From Octopus bimaculoides (taxonomy: Eukaryota): a stretch of 46,200 bases of DNA. The position numbers and the translations under genes are program-made. How positions within the stretch are numbered: position 1 is the first letter of the stretch; each line of letters begins with the position of its first letter. The DNA lies in NCBI RefSeq assembly GCF_001194135.2, contig NC_068985.1, positions 76,677,616 through 76,723,815 on the forward strand. Reading direction: 5' to 3'. Under the pieces are notes generated by a model. That model was given only the letters and a program-made list of their open reading frames with translations. It was not told where the DNA came from and did not search any database. This document shows positions 11,136 through 22,100 of the stretch, piece by piece.

Positions 11136-11917
11136 ACGTGTGCATGTCTGACTGATTTATGTGTGTGTGAGAGAGAGGAGGGAGAGAGAGAGAACATTGC
11201 AAACAAGGAATGAAAAGAGCATGAAACGAATAATTGGGGAAAAAAGCTCGTTAAAAACCATGTTGTATCGAATATTTAAATAAGTACCGAATATTTAAAT
11301 ATTTCTTTCAGTAATTTATCCTAGATGTTTGCAAATACCAAATTAAAACTTGAGATGAAAACATTAAAATAGACAGTGAGAGACTTTGCTGAAAACGGAA
11401 AATTTCGCCGTTGCTACATCAATACCGGAAGTTGACATTGGGAAACCTTTTTAAAGAAGTGAATCATATATATAATGCAATATTATTCATTTTTAATTTA
11501 AAAAAATAAACCGAAACTCTTATGTATCCGAGATCAAATTATTCATGCGTTCCAAGTATGGAAGCAATTCGCGCAGCCGTTTTCGCGTGAAAAGCGACTA
11601 CACGCACTCACACACACACACATACAGGTCAATTTGCATGATCCTTTAGCAAAATCAAGGGAGACTTTAGACCAACATAAAAAATCGAACATAAAAACAA
11701 AAGCAAAGCAATGTGATCGAGGCGGTTGGCATTATAAAAACCGTCTGCTCAGAGAGTANNNNNNNNNNATACAGGTCAATTTGCATGATCCTTTAGCAAA
11801 ATCAAGGGAGACTTTAGACCAACATAAAAAATCGAACATAAAAACAAAAGCAAAGCAATGTGATCGAGGCGGTTGGCATTATAAAAACCGTCTGCTCAGA
11901 GAGTACCTAAATATATA

Positions 11918-12147
11918 TTTCGTTATTGCCCACAGGGGCCTAAACATAGAGGGGACAAACAAGGACAGACAAAGGGATTGAGTCGATTACATCGATCCCA
12001 GTGCGTAACTGGTACGTTTTTAATCGACCCTGAAAGGATAAAAGGCAAAGTCGACCTCTGCGGAATTTGAACTCAGAACGTAACGGTAGACGAAATACCG
12101 TTAAGCATTTCGCCCGGCATACTAACAATTTTGCCAGCTCGCCGCCC
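11918..12147 (-). mobile_element. SINE family B (subtype ending ...tgtttaggcccctgtgggcaataa)
   Basis: Close match to 7665-7892. Confidence 0.9.
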
Positions 12148-12404
12148 TTTTCTAAATATAGGTCTTACAATTATATATCAGATTCCGCTCACTACTAATA
12201 ATAAATAGTCATTACCGAAATTTCACACAGTCGTGAAAGTTGCTGAAACGTTCATTGTTTTAATTTGCTCGGCATTTACTATCTTTTACGAATATTTCTA
12301 TTTTGGATACCAATATTTTTATATATATTTTCAGTTTCAGTGTTACAAACATGTCTCACTTTCTTCCCTTCTCTCTCCCCAAATATGTATGGTATTTTAT
12401 ATCT

Positions 12405-12441
<37 letters not shown>

Positions 12442-12534
12442 ATGTAAATATATACATGTATGTAAATACATACATACATACCGTTTATAAAGTCGGGGTG
12501 CATACGTTCCGTTACTTAAATGAAAAAAATGACG

Positions 12535-12757
12535 GGTAAAAAAAACGTATACGTATACTGAGTGTACACCCGGACGGGAAGGCCCAACATTCTCCATGGC
12601 TTTCGCGGGCACCGCTAGCATGGGACATTCTCGGTCTTATCATTAGTGGTGCGAAACTCGGAATTACCATTTGGTCGATAACTGATGAAGAATTATGGAC
12701 CTTCTGTGTCTGTCTCCCGTCCGGTTATACACTCAGTATATGTATACGTTTTTTACC
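12535..12757. mobile_element. Putative MITE or fold-back with ~43-45-bp inverted arms
   Basis: ggtaaaaaaaacgtatacgtatactgagtgtacacccggacggga (12535-12579) pairs with tcccgtccggttatacactcagtatatgtatacgttttttacc (12715-12757). No TSD seen. Confidence 0.7.
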
Positions 12758-12832
12758 TGTGGTTGTTTATCTACAAATGCATTTTGTTTTTCATTTATTA
12801 TATACATACATACATACATACATACATACATA

Positions 12833-12901
12833 AAGGAGCCTGGGATCTGGGTTAGAAACCGGCTCTTTCTCTTGAAATAAAATTGAATAATGGCATACAT
12901 A
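12833..12901 (+). mobile_element. Extremely 5'-truncated copy of the Tx1-like LINE 3' end, within a (CATA)n array
   Basis: aaggagcctgggatctgggttagaaaccggctctttctc-ttgaaataaaattgaataatggcatacata matches the reverse complement of ~36648-36732, apart from one short internal deletion. Confidence 0.8.
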
Positions 12902-14144
12902 NNNNNNNNNNNNNNNNNNNNNNNNNNNNNNNNNNNNNNNNNNNNNNNNNNNNNNNNNNNNNNNNNNNNNNNNNNNNNNNNNNNNNNNNNNNNNNNNNNN
13001 NNNNNNNNNNNNNNNNNNNNNNNNNNNNNNNNNNNNNNNNNNNNNNNNNNNNNNNNNNNNNNNNNNNNNNNNNNNNNNNNNNNNNNNNNNNNNNNNNNNN
13101 NNNNNNNNNNNNNNNNNNNNNNNNNNNNNNNNNNNNNNNNNNNNNNNNNNNNNNNNNNNNNNNNNNNNNNNNNNNNNNNNNNNNNNNNNNNNNNNNNNNN
13201 NNNNNNNNNNNNNNNNNNNNNNNNNNNNNNNNNNNNNNNNNNNNNNNNNNNNNNNNNNNNNNNNNNNNNNNNNNNNNNNNNNNNNNNNNNNNNNNNNNNN
13301 NNNNNNNNNNNNNNNNNNNNNNNNNNNNNNNNNNNNNNNNNNNNNNNNNNNNNNNNNNNNNNNNNNNNNNNNNNNNNNNNNNNNNNNNNNNNNNNNNNNN
13401 NNNNNNNNNNNNNNNNNNNNNNNNNNNNNNNNNNNNNNNNNNNNNNNNNNNNNNNNNNNNNNNNNNNNNNNNNNNNNNNNNNNNNNNNNNNNNNNNNNNN
13501 NNNNNNNNNNNNNNNNNNNNNNNNNNNNNNNNNNNNNNNNNNNNNNNNNNNNNNNNNNNNNNNNNNNNNNNNNNNNNNNNNNNNNNNNNNNNNNNNNNNN
13601 NNNNNNNNNNNNNNNNNNNNNNNNNNNNNNNNNNNNNNNNNNNNNNNNNNNNNNNNNNNNNNNNNNNNNNNNNNNNNNNNNNNNNNNNNNNNNNNNNNNN
13701 NNNNNNNNNNNNNNNNNNNNNNNNNNNNNNNNNNNNNNNNNNNNNNNNNNNNNNNNNNNNNNNNNNNNNNNNNNNNNNNNNNNNNNNNNNNNNNNNNNNN
13801 NNNNNNNNNNNNNNNNNNNNNNNNNNNNNNNNNNNNNNNNNNNNNNCCTATTCCAATCCTCAGTCCGATATTCTGATAAATTTGAAAGTGTCTCTAAAAA
13901 AATTCACGGTAATCTTTGGCCATGCGACACCAAATAAAGGTTTTTTCATACTGAACTACTTGGCAAAATTGTTAATTATTAATTCTATTATTAATTGACG
14001 ATTCCCTGCCCTTATTCTTGTATATATATATATATAATTAAAGAGGAATGTAGAAATACATTATAAAAGATACATCATAAACAATTCATAATTATTTACG
14101 AATATATCAACGGCCAAACATGTAATCATAAATTCATAAAAGAT

Positions 14145-14300
14145 ATTTATTCTATCGGTCTCTTTTTTACCGAATCGTAAAGTTTCGGAGATGTAAACAC
14201 ACCAACACCCGTTGTCAGGTGGTGGTGGAGATAAACACAGACACACACACACACAAACATACACACAAACATACATACATACATACATACATACATAATC
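14145..14300 (-). mobile_element. SINE family A partial (central/3' part)
   Basis: ttattctatcggtctctttt.ccgaa...gatgtaaacacaccaacacc.gttgtca motif. Confidence 0.8.
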
Positions 14301-14353
14301 ATACGCACACGCGCACATACCTATATATAAGTAGATACATAAATATAGGTATA

Positions 14354-14400
14354 CTAGCAGAGATAGCCAGCGTTGCTCGGGATTAAAATGGCATAGTTTT
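14354..14400 (-). mobile_element. Helitron 3' terminus
   Basis: Minus strand reads cccgagcaacgctggctatctctgCTAG|T: decayed GC hairpin plus CTAG. Same family as 16145. Confidence 0.7.
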
Positions 14401-14404
14401 TTAT

Positions 14405-14620
14405 TGTTTTACTTATTTCACTCATGTGACTGCTGCCATACTGGAGCACCACCTTTAGTCGAACAAATCGATCCCAGAATTTATTCTTTGTAACCCAATT
14501 ACTTATTCTATCAGTGTCTTTTGTCGAACTGCTAAATTATGGGTACATTAAACACAGCAACAGCGGTTGTCAGGCAATGGTGGGGATACTAACACAGACA
14601 CACCAACAAACACACACATA
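14405..14620 (-). mobile_element. SINE family A 3' half
   Basis: Reverse complement of the 3' half of 19368-19785. Confidence 0.85.
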
Positions 14621-14636
14621 CGTACATATATAAACA

Positions 14637-14673
<37 letters not shown>

Positions 14674-14723
14674 GCATATATATACACATATAAATGCATA
14701 CAAATATATATATATGTACACAC

Positions 14724-14768
<45 letters not shown>

Positions 14769-14784
14769 TGTGTGTGTGTCTGTG

Positions 14785-14998
14785 TATCTGTATGTGTCTG
14801 TGTGTGTCCCCCACCATCGCTTGACAACCGATACTGGTGTGTTTACATCCCTGTAACGTAGCGGTTCGGCAAAACAGAGCGATACAATAAGTACTAGGTT
14901 TACAAAAGAATAAATCCTGGAGTCGATTTGTTCGGTTAAAGGCGGTGCTCCAGCATAGCGGCAGTCAAATGACTGAAACAAATAATAAAATAAAAGAA
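14785..14998 (+). mobile_element. SINE family A 3' half
   Basis: ccaccatcgcttgacaaccg...gcggttcggcaaaa...ggcggtgctccagcat...caaatgactgaaacaa. Confidence 0.88.
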
Positions 14999-15007
14999 TA
15001 TATATAC

Positions 15008-15078
<71 letters not shown>

Positions 15079-15312
15079 GGGATAAAAATCCAAATTTACA
15101 GGTAAAAACTAAATTTAATTTAATTTATCAAAATTAAAATTCTATTAAGTTACACAATATATAATATATAAATATATAATTTAGAGAAAAGAACCACAAT
15201 TCTTGAACTCATCCATGAAAATCCACAGTCATATATAGAAAAATTTAATAAGTAAATACACTAAAAAGATCTATAATAAAAATACAAAGTAATAAATATT
15301 AAAATAATAAAA

Positions 15313-15398
15313 TGACTACACGTGTTTCATAACCACATATTCAAAATAAATCGATCGAAAATCAATTCTATTCAAAAATATAGCTAATCTTCCGGTCA
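15313..15398 (-). ncRNA. Type I hammerhead ribozyme-like motif (core variant CGGAAGA)
   Basis: Minus strand: TGAC-CGGAAGA-t-TAGCTATAT-[loop]-ATGTGGTTA-t-GAAA-C-ACGT-G-TA-GTCA. Helix I TGAC/GTCA; 9-bp helix II with 3 G-U pairs; minimal helix III with a palindromic ACGT loop; GUA cleavage triplet. Confidence 0.55.
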
Positions 15399-15432
15399 AA
15401 ATACAATAATAATAATAATAAAATGAATGTAT

Positions 15433-15855
15433 ATATATCAACTAACAATAAATAAATGAATTTATATAAAAATACTTATTTTACCAATAAATAAAAGAAA
15501 CACATATAACAATATTATTGAAAATAAATGCAATACTTATCGAAGTTTTAGTTTAAACTAAAGTTTTAAACGTTATACTATTAACTAAGCGTTTATTAGA
15601 ATATCAACTAACAATAAATAACAAATGAATTTCTATAAAAATACTTATTTTACCAATAAATAAAAGAAAAACATTTAACAATATTATTGAAAATAAATGC
15701 AATACTTATCTTATCGAAGCTTCAGTTTAAACTAAAATTTTAAACGTTATACTATTAACTTAACGTTTATTAGAATATCAACTAACAATAAATAACAAAT
15801 GAATTTCTATAAAAATGCTTATTGTATCAATAAATCAAAGAAAAACATTTAAATG
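15433..15855. repeat. Tandem repeat, ~170-bp unit, about 2.5 copies
   Basis: Units start atatcaactaacaataaata at about 15435, 15601 and 15775. Confidence 0.92.
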
Positions 15856-15859
15856 TTGA

Positions 15860-16143
15860 AAGTGAATATTGAAAGTGAAACCATATAATAGTGAAACTAT
15901 TATAACACATTTCAATTGAGTTGTCATTGTTTCACTTTTGACACGTAATACCAAAACTGTTTAAGAGATTACTCCGGGCTCGCATTAGGCAAGAAGTTGA
16001 AAGTTTTTTGGCCCAAGACACTGCATTGACCCTAAGTAGTGCATGCGTAAAATTTGAATGAAATCGGTTGGGTAGTTCTCCAGTTTTAGTGATGCACACA
16101 TTAACACAGACAGACAGACACACGTTTTCAGTTTTATGTGTAT
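15860..16143 (-). mobile_element. Non-autonomous Helitron 5' portion (family H1)
   Basis: Matches 18412-18707 and 21540-21822 (gaccctaagta...aaaatttgaatgaaatcggttg.gtagttct). Confidence 0.7.
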
Positions 16144-16144
16144 A

Positions 16145-17782
16145 CTAGCAGAGATACCCGGCATTGCTCGTGTTACAATTGTTACATTTTCTCTAATGAA
16201 CTGGAATACCTATGATACGAATTTCATCAAAATTGCAGATGAGGGTTCTTTCCCCCTTTACACACCCTAAAAAGATTCTAATCATGACACATGTATCCCA
16301 TACTATTGATCTTTATGCACAGAATCCAAAATTCCAGTCTTATGAAACCTGTTAAAATGATTTAGCTCCTGAAAAATGGAGGTCATAGAGCTCTAATATG
16401 TGGGAGTTAAGGCCCCTATTGGGGTGGATATTTTAATGTCAACCAGAGAAGTTGAATTGTTGAGAATCTTGAACTTGGGTCTTATATGTATTGTTCGAAT
16501 TTCTTTGAAATAGGAAATATATATATGTTCACTGGGTTTGTAAAAGAGAGCAAAGCTACAGGAAACCAAAAGATGAATGATCACAATAAGTAGTCAGCTA
16601 CTCTACCCTAGTCGTTACTACTCCCCAATGTAGGATTCCTCACCATACAGGTGACGGGCACAGCTGTAAGATGCAAAACGGATCTATAGCAATTCGATAG
16701 GCGTGACCCAACTGAAACATTAACAACTGTGTGACGTGAGAGCTAAGAGAAAATGAAAGTGTCACCTCTGGAGTTTGCAATTGACCACTATACCGATAGG
16801 TAACTGGACAGAATAAATTTACAATCAATAAATGTCTTTCAATAACCAGTCACTCATCTGGGAAGGCCTTGAAATCAATGTTACCATCGGGGGGCTACGT
16901 GTGACCCAGTGATAATAAAAAGACTCAAAAGAGGTCTGTAACGAAAGAACTTTACTCAACACTTTGCAACTGAATCAGCGGAGGCAAAGATGCCTCTCAT
17001 TTACTTGACAATTTATGCACCACATTGCAGAAATCACAATCTAAGTATATCTCAAAGCAAATTCTTACACTGTTGTACCATTGAGTTCCGAATAACGCTC
17101 ATCTTTATGCTCGGGTGACCCTACAGCTTCCAAGAGTACAACTGTATTCGTCTTTGCTTAGATAAAATGACTAAATTGTGGGTGTTAAGTCCGCAAGAAG
17201 GGGTCTTTGTAACTTCTAAGAAGATGAAATATTAGAAATATTACTTCATTTGTGTCTAATATCCACGGCTAAAATTTCATCAACAGCAAAAATAAATGAA
17301 TTTTCATAGTGGTTATGGTCCTTATACATAGAATATGATTTCTAAATTTTTGACCTAATTTTGAATCATAAAAAATGAGTAAAATTTGGGAGTTAAGGCC
17401 TCCATTAGGGTGTCTTAGAATCCTCATGAGAAGAGGAAACTTTAAGAATACTTCTTGATGTGTGTCAATTACCTATGGTTGAAATTTCATCAACATCGAA
17501 AATTTATGAATTTTCATAGGGGTTCTGCCCCCTTTAAGCCATTTCAAATTCAAACCAAACATACTGCATTATACCTGCCGTTATGCATTGAATCTAAGTT
17601 CCAAATATCATAAGGATCCATTCAGTAATTTTGGTCGATGAAATTGTATGAAACACACAGCATTACCCTTCTCCCTAGGGTTGGATTTTATGTTCCAAAT
17701 TTCATTAGGATCGCTGCAGTAGTTTTCGAATGTATAAGTAACACACGAACACACATAAAGACATTGACTTTTATATAATAGA
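16145..17782 (-). mobile_element. Apparently complete non-autonomous Helitron (~1.64 kb, family H2)
   Basis: Minus strand begins A|TCTATTATATAAAAGTC (17782) and ends cacgagcaatgccgggtatctctgCTAG|T (16145): TC start, hairpin plus CTAG end, A/T insertion site. Internal repeats ggagttaaggcc and gaaatttcatcaaca. Confidence 0.72.
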
Positions 17783-17899
17783 TATGAATATGCACATATA
17801 CATACATACATATGTATATATACACACACAGACAAAAAGATAGATACAACTGAGTGGGCAAACAAAAATATGAGACACTGCCTAGTACTTTTTTTATTT

Positions 17900-18209
17900 T
17901 GATAAGCCTGGTACTTATTCTATCAGTTTCTTCTTGTCAAACCAGTAAGTTATGGGGATGTAAATAAAGGAACAGCAGTTGTGAAGCAGTGATGAGGGAG
18001 AAACACAAAGACAAAGACACACACTTACATATATACATACGTATATATACGATTGATTTCTTTCAGTTTCTGTCTACAAATTCTACTCACAAGGCTTTGA
18101 TTGGTCTGAGGCTATAGCAGAAGACATATACCAAGTCACCACATAGTGGTACTGATCCCAGGACCATATGTTTTGGAACGAAGTTTCTTACCACAGAGCT
18201 ACACCTGCA
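17900..18209 (-). mobile_element. SINE family A, near complete and diverged
   Basis: Head on the right (cttaccacagagctacacctgc), internal microsatellite, 3' body to the left. Confidence 0.85.
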
Positions 18210-18325
18210 CTTACGTATGCGTATGTGTATGGGTTTATATATGTATGCATGTATATATGTGTGTACATCTATATATATATACATCTACACATATACATGT
18301 ATACATATACATCTATATCTATATC

Positions 18326-18374
<49 letters not shown>

Positions 18375-18411
18375 TATATATATTTATGTATGTATGCCTT
18401 TATGTATGTGA

Positions 18412-18707
18412 GATAATAGTTTCACTTTAATAGTTTCAGTATTAAAGTGGAACTATTGAAGTGAAAATATCTGACGTTAGAATAGAGAGATATTATTGTT
18501 TCACTTTTGTCACGTAATACTGAAGTAGTGAAGGAGATATGATATTGCTCTGGGCTCGCACTAGTGAGGATGTTAAACATGTTTTGGGCCTATGATACTA
18601 CATGGACCCTAAGTAAGGCTTGTGTAAAATTTGAATGAAATCGGTTGTGTAGTTCTTAAGTTTTAGGAATTCACACAGACACATATTCTCATCTTTATAT
18701 ATATAGA
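18412..18707 (-). mobile_element. Non-autonomous Helitron 5' portion (family H1)
   Basis: Minus strand starts A|TCTATATATATAAAGATGAGAATATGTG. Confidence 0.75.
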
Positions 18708-18719
18708 TGTATCTTTTAT

Positions 18720-18890
18720 CTTTTATGTACTTTAATCATTAGACCGCGGCCATGCTGGGGCACTGCCTTGAAGAACTCTTAGCCGAATGAATCGACCCCC
18801 AATACATTGTTTTAAAGCCTGATACTTATTCTATTAGTCTCTTTTTTACCAAATTGTAAAGTTTCGGGGATGTAAACACAGAAACACCGG
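18720..18890 (-). mobile_element. SINE family A 3' part
   Basis: gcggccatgctggggcactgcc...atcgacccc...acttattctattagtctc. Confidence 0.8.
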
Positions 18891-19367
18891 CCCAAAACTA
18901 AACAGAGCTAAATAACATTACTATAGAACGTTTATATTATTTACCCCGGTGGGGTTTGATCAGAGGTTAAGGGTGGATAAGAATTAATTCTCTAATGTCA
19001 TCATGTCATTGTTCCAGTCCAAAGTTGAATTCCACCTGTTGGCCAATTTGTTCCAAAGTTCTTATCTCGACGTAAAATTAACGAAGCGAATGTTATTTAT
19101 CTCCCCTTTGATCTCTAACGTCATCTAACAAACGCCAACCAAAATGGTGTGAATCAGCCATGCTTTACCTGCTAGCAATTGCAACCCAAATGCTTTTAAA
19201 TCAGATCCCAATGCTGGATGTTCAAGAAACAAATGAAGGGTTGATTTTCAATCCCTGGGTCATCCTGATTCCAAAAGTTATATCATGTCTATGTAGTGCA
19301 AATGTAGACTGAGACACAGGGGTCCCAGACGGACAGACAGAATTTTGCTTTTATTATTATAGATAAG

Positions 19368-19785
19368 GGCAGGAGTGGCTGTGTGGTAAGTAGCTTACTT
19401 ACCAACCACATGGTCTCGGGTTCAGTCCCCCTGTGTAGCACCTTGGGCAAATGTCTTCTGCTATAGCCTCGGGCCGACCAAAGCCTTTTGAGTGGATTTG
19501 GTAGATGGAAACTGAAAGAAGCCCGTCGTATATATGTATACATATATGTATATATGTATGTGTGTGTATATGTTTGTGTGTCTGTGTTTGTCCCCCCAAC
19601 ATCGCTGGGCAACCGATGTTGGTGTGTTTAGGTTCCCGTAACTTAGCGGTTCGGCAAAAGAGACCGATAGAATAAGTACTAGGCTTACAAAGAATAAGTC
19701 CTGGGGTCGATTTGATTCGACTAAAGGTGGTGCTCCAGCACGGCCGCAGTCAAATGACTGAAACAAATAAAAGAGTAAAGAGTAA
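19368..19785 (+). mobile_element. SINE family A, complete (tRNA-like head, ccttgggcaa central block, internal TA/GT microsatellite, short-repeat tail)
   Basis: tggctgtgtggtaag (box A), gggttcagtccc (box B), body, then aagagtaaagagtaag tail. Confidence 0.92.
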
Positions 19786-20390
19786 GAATATATAAAACAT
19801 CCTAAATTTTAAACCCTAATCATTCAGTCTTTTCACGCATATTTTATCCCAGATTACATAAGTTCTATCAGATCCACAAAGCTAGAATTTAGTGATGGGG
19901 ATGGAGAAAACATTGATTTCAGTACTAGAATTTTATAGAATCCGCAGAGATGAAAGGCAAAGCTCTCACTTCGGTAGGATCGGAACACAGAAAGTTGAGA
20001 GTCAGAAAAAATATCGCATTGTGTTTTATATGAAGCTCTACTGATTCTATAAATCCACCACTATCTATATTAGACAACACAATAAAATATGTCCTTCTTG
20101 TGGTTTTTTTCTTTTGTGTGGGTGGGGCAAGGAACGAGTTGTCTGCTATTTCTAGGAGGTTGATTGATTAGGAAGATGCTCTTTTATTTGCGCATTTCTG
20201 GCTTTGTTTAGTATTCGAGAGACCACTATCTAATATAGAGCCATTCAAGAGTTTAGTATCTAATATCTTCCTTTTCAAGATGTGAATAAATAAAATAAAA
20301 TGGAGTCTACAGTCGATGTGGACTGTTGTTTTTATATACATCTTTGTTCATGCAGCCAAGCTATGGTGATGATAAATATCTGCTTGTGAA

Positions 20391-20680
20391 GACACGTGGC
20401 TTAGCGTTTAGGGTTTTCGGCTCACGATCGTAAGCTTGTGAATTCGATTCCCAGCAGTATATTGTGTCCTTACGCAAGACACTTTATTTCACGTTGCTCC
20501 AGTCTACAAAGCTGGTAAAAATGAGTAGTACCTGTATTTCAAAGGGTCGTCCTTGTCACACTCTGTGTCACGCTGAATCTCCTTGAAAGTTATGTTAACG
20601 GCACGCGAGTCCGAGGAATGCTCAGCAACTTGCACGTTAATTTCACGAGCAGGCTGTTCGTTCTGTTGATCGGTCATCGA
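20391..20680 (+). mobile_element. SINE family C, tail type ii
   Basis: tggcttagcg.tta, gaattcgattcc, caagacactttatttcacgttgctccagt, then gtacctgtatttcaaaggg...gcacgttaatttcacgagc. Confidence 0.85.
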
Positions 20681-20903
20681 AACCGGCAGAGTTTCGACTT
20701 AGATATTTTCTTGCGGGATAAAAATGTCTAAAGTCGTTCGAGATACGTATTAGAAAAACAAACAAATTGACCTTTTCTACCTACTCAATTACATTTCGAA
20801 CATTCTATTCGTTTGTTGTTTCCGGTTGTTTGCATTACGACCGAATTTAAATTATATTTATATCGAATTTCAATAATATTGACTACTCTGTCTCTACCAT
20901 GTT

Positions 20904-21348
20904 ATGCCGAAATTACTAATGCCAAAGACGAGGTTCATTAGTAATATCAAGTTACTCAAGAAATTTCAGATCCATAAACGAGAAGAAAATATATCAGTCA
21001 TGTTTATTATGCCCTATGGTCATTGGCTGTATTTAGAAGCTAGACCATTTTGTGACACCAGCTGCATGATAAACATTGGGTAAGTGGACGTCAGCATATT
21101 CAATACATGGAGTATCAAAATGCTAAAGTAGAATAAAATATGCCGAAAGATAAATCAGTACTGCTTCATGACAAATAGAGTAATGTTTTTGTTTATTGTT
21201 TTGTTTTGCCTTTGCTTTTATCCCTATCCCCTCCAGCAAATACGAAAAACAACTCTGGACATGTTACCGAACGGTTATATTTATCAGCATCAACAAATAT
21301 ACGGTTCTTTATGTTTTCGTGGAGAATCATTTGCTACTACTTCGGTAA
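20904..21348 (+). other. Weak candidate two-exon ORF (95 aa) with a consensus GT-AG intron at 21080-21236
   Basis: Donor TGG|GTAAGT and acceptor (long pyrimidine tract)ccag| are phase-compatible. No recognisable homology. Confidence 0.2.
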
Positions 21349-21539
21349 TACATTCACTGATAACGCTCAAAAAGTAGAGAAAATAAACGTACAGAGGAAA
21401 TGAAAAAGAAATCGGTTTCAAATTATAGAATAAGGTCGGCAATTTTAGGGTAGGTTGTAAGTCGATTACATCGGCTCCAGTGCTCAACTGGTACTTATTT
21501 TATCGACTCCGAAATCTGTGGTTTTTCTCCATTTTCTAA

Positions 21540-21822
21540 TCCATATATATATATATAAAGATGAGAATGTGTCTGTCTATCTGTCTGTGTCTGTGTGAAT
21601 CCCTAAAACTCGAGAACTACACAACCGATTTCATTCAAATTTTACACATGCCTTACTTAGCGTCCAAGTAGTGTCATGGACCAATTTCAACTTCTCTTCC
21701 ATTATTTCAGTATTACGTGTCAAACGTGAAACAATAACCTCTTTATTGTAATGTCAGATACTTTCACTTTAATACTTTCACTATTGATACTGAAACTATT
21801 AAAGTGAAACTGTTATCTCACA
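21540..21822 (+). mobile_element. Non-autonomous Helitron 5' portion (family H1)
   Basis: A|TCcatatatatatatataaagatgagaatgtg...; reverse complement of the 18412-18707 type. Confidence 0.75.
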
Positions 21823-21914
21823 TATGCACAGGCATACACACACACACATGCATTCATACATACATATATATGTATATATATATATATATATATATGTATA
21901 CATCTGCACATATG

Positions 21915-21946
<32 letters not shown>

Positions 21947-22041
21947 TATGTGTAGATGTGTATGTATAGATGTATATGTATAGATATATAGTATAGATGT
22001 ATCTATATAGATGTATATATATATATATAGATGTGTGTGTA

Positions 22042-22100
<59 letters not shown>

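Larger units (their letters stand above)
15078..15855 (-). mobile_element. AT-rich non-coding repeat (family shared with 26240-26960), Penelope-associated or retrozyme-like
   Basis: Shared blocks with copy 2: taggg..aaaatccaaa.ttaca.gg, actac.cgtgtttc...ccacata, aataaatcgatc, acttatcttatcgaag. Contains a hammerhead-like motif. Confidence 0.6.

Noticed and set aside
11625-11905. Perfect ~135-bp direct duplication (11625-11758 and 11769-11905)
   Set aside because: The copies sit either side of a 10-N gap, typical of unmerged contig overlap in draft assemblies.
12650-12705. GAAAC...GTC...CTGATGA as a type II hammerhead
   Set aside because: Helix I has only 5 nt available and helix III does not pair convincingly.
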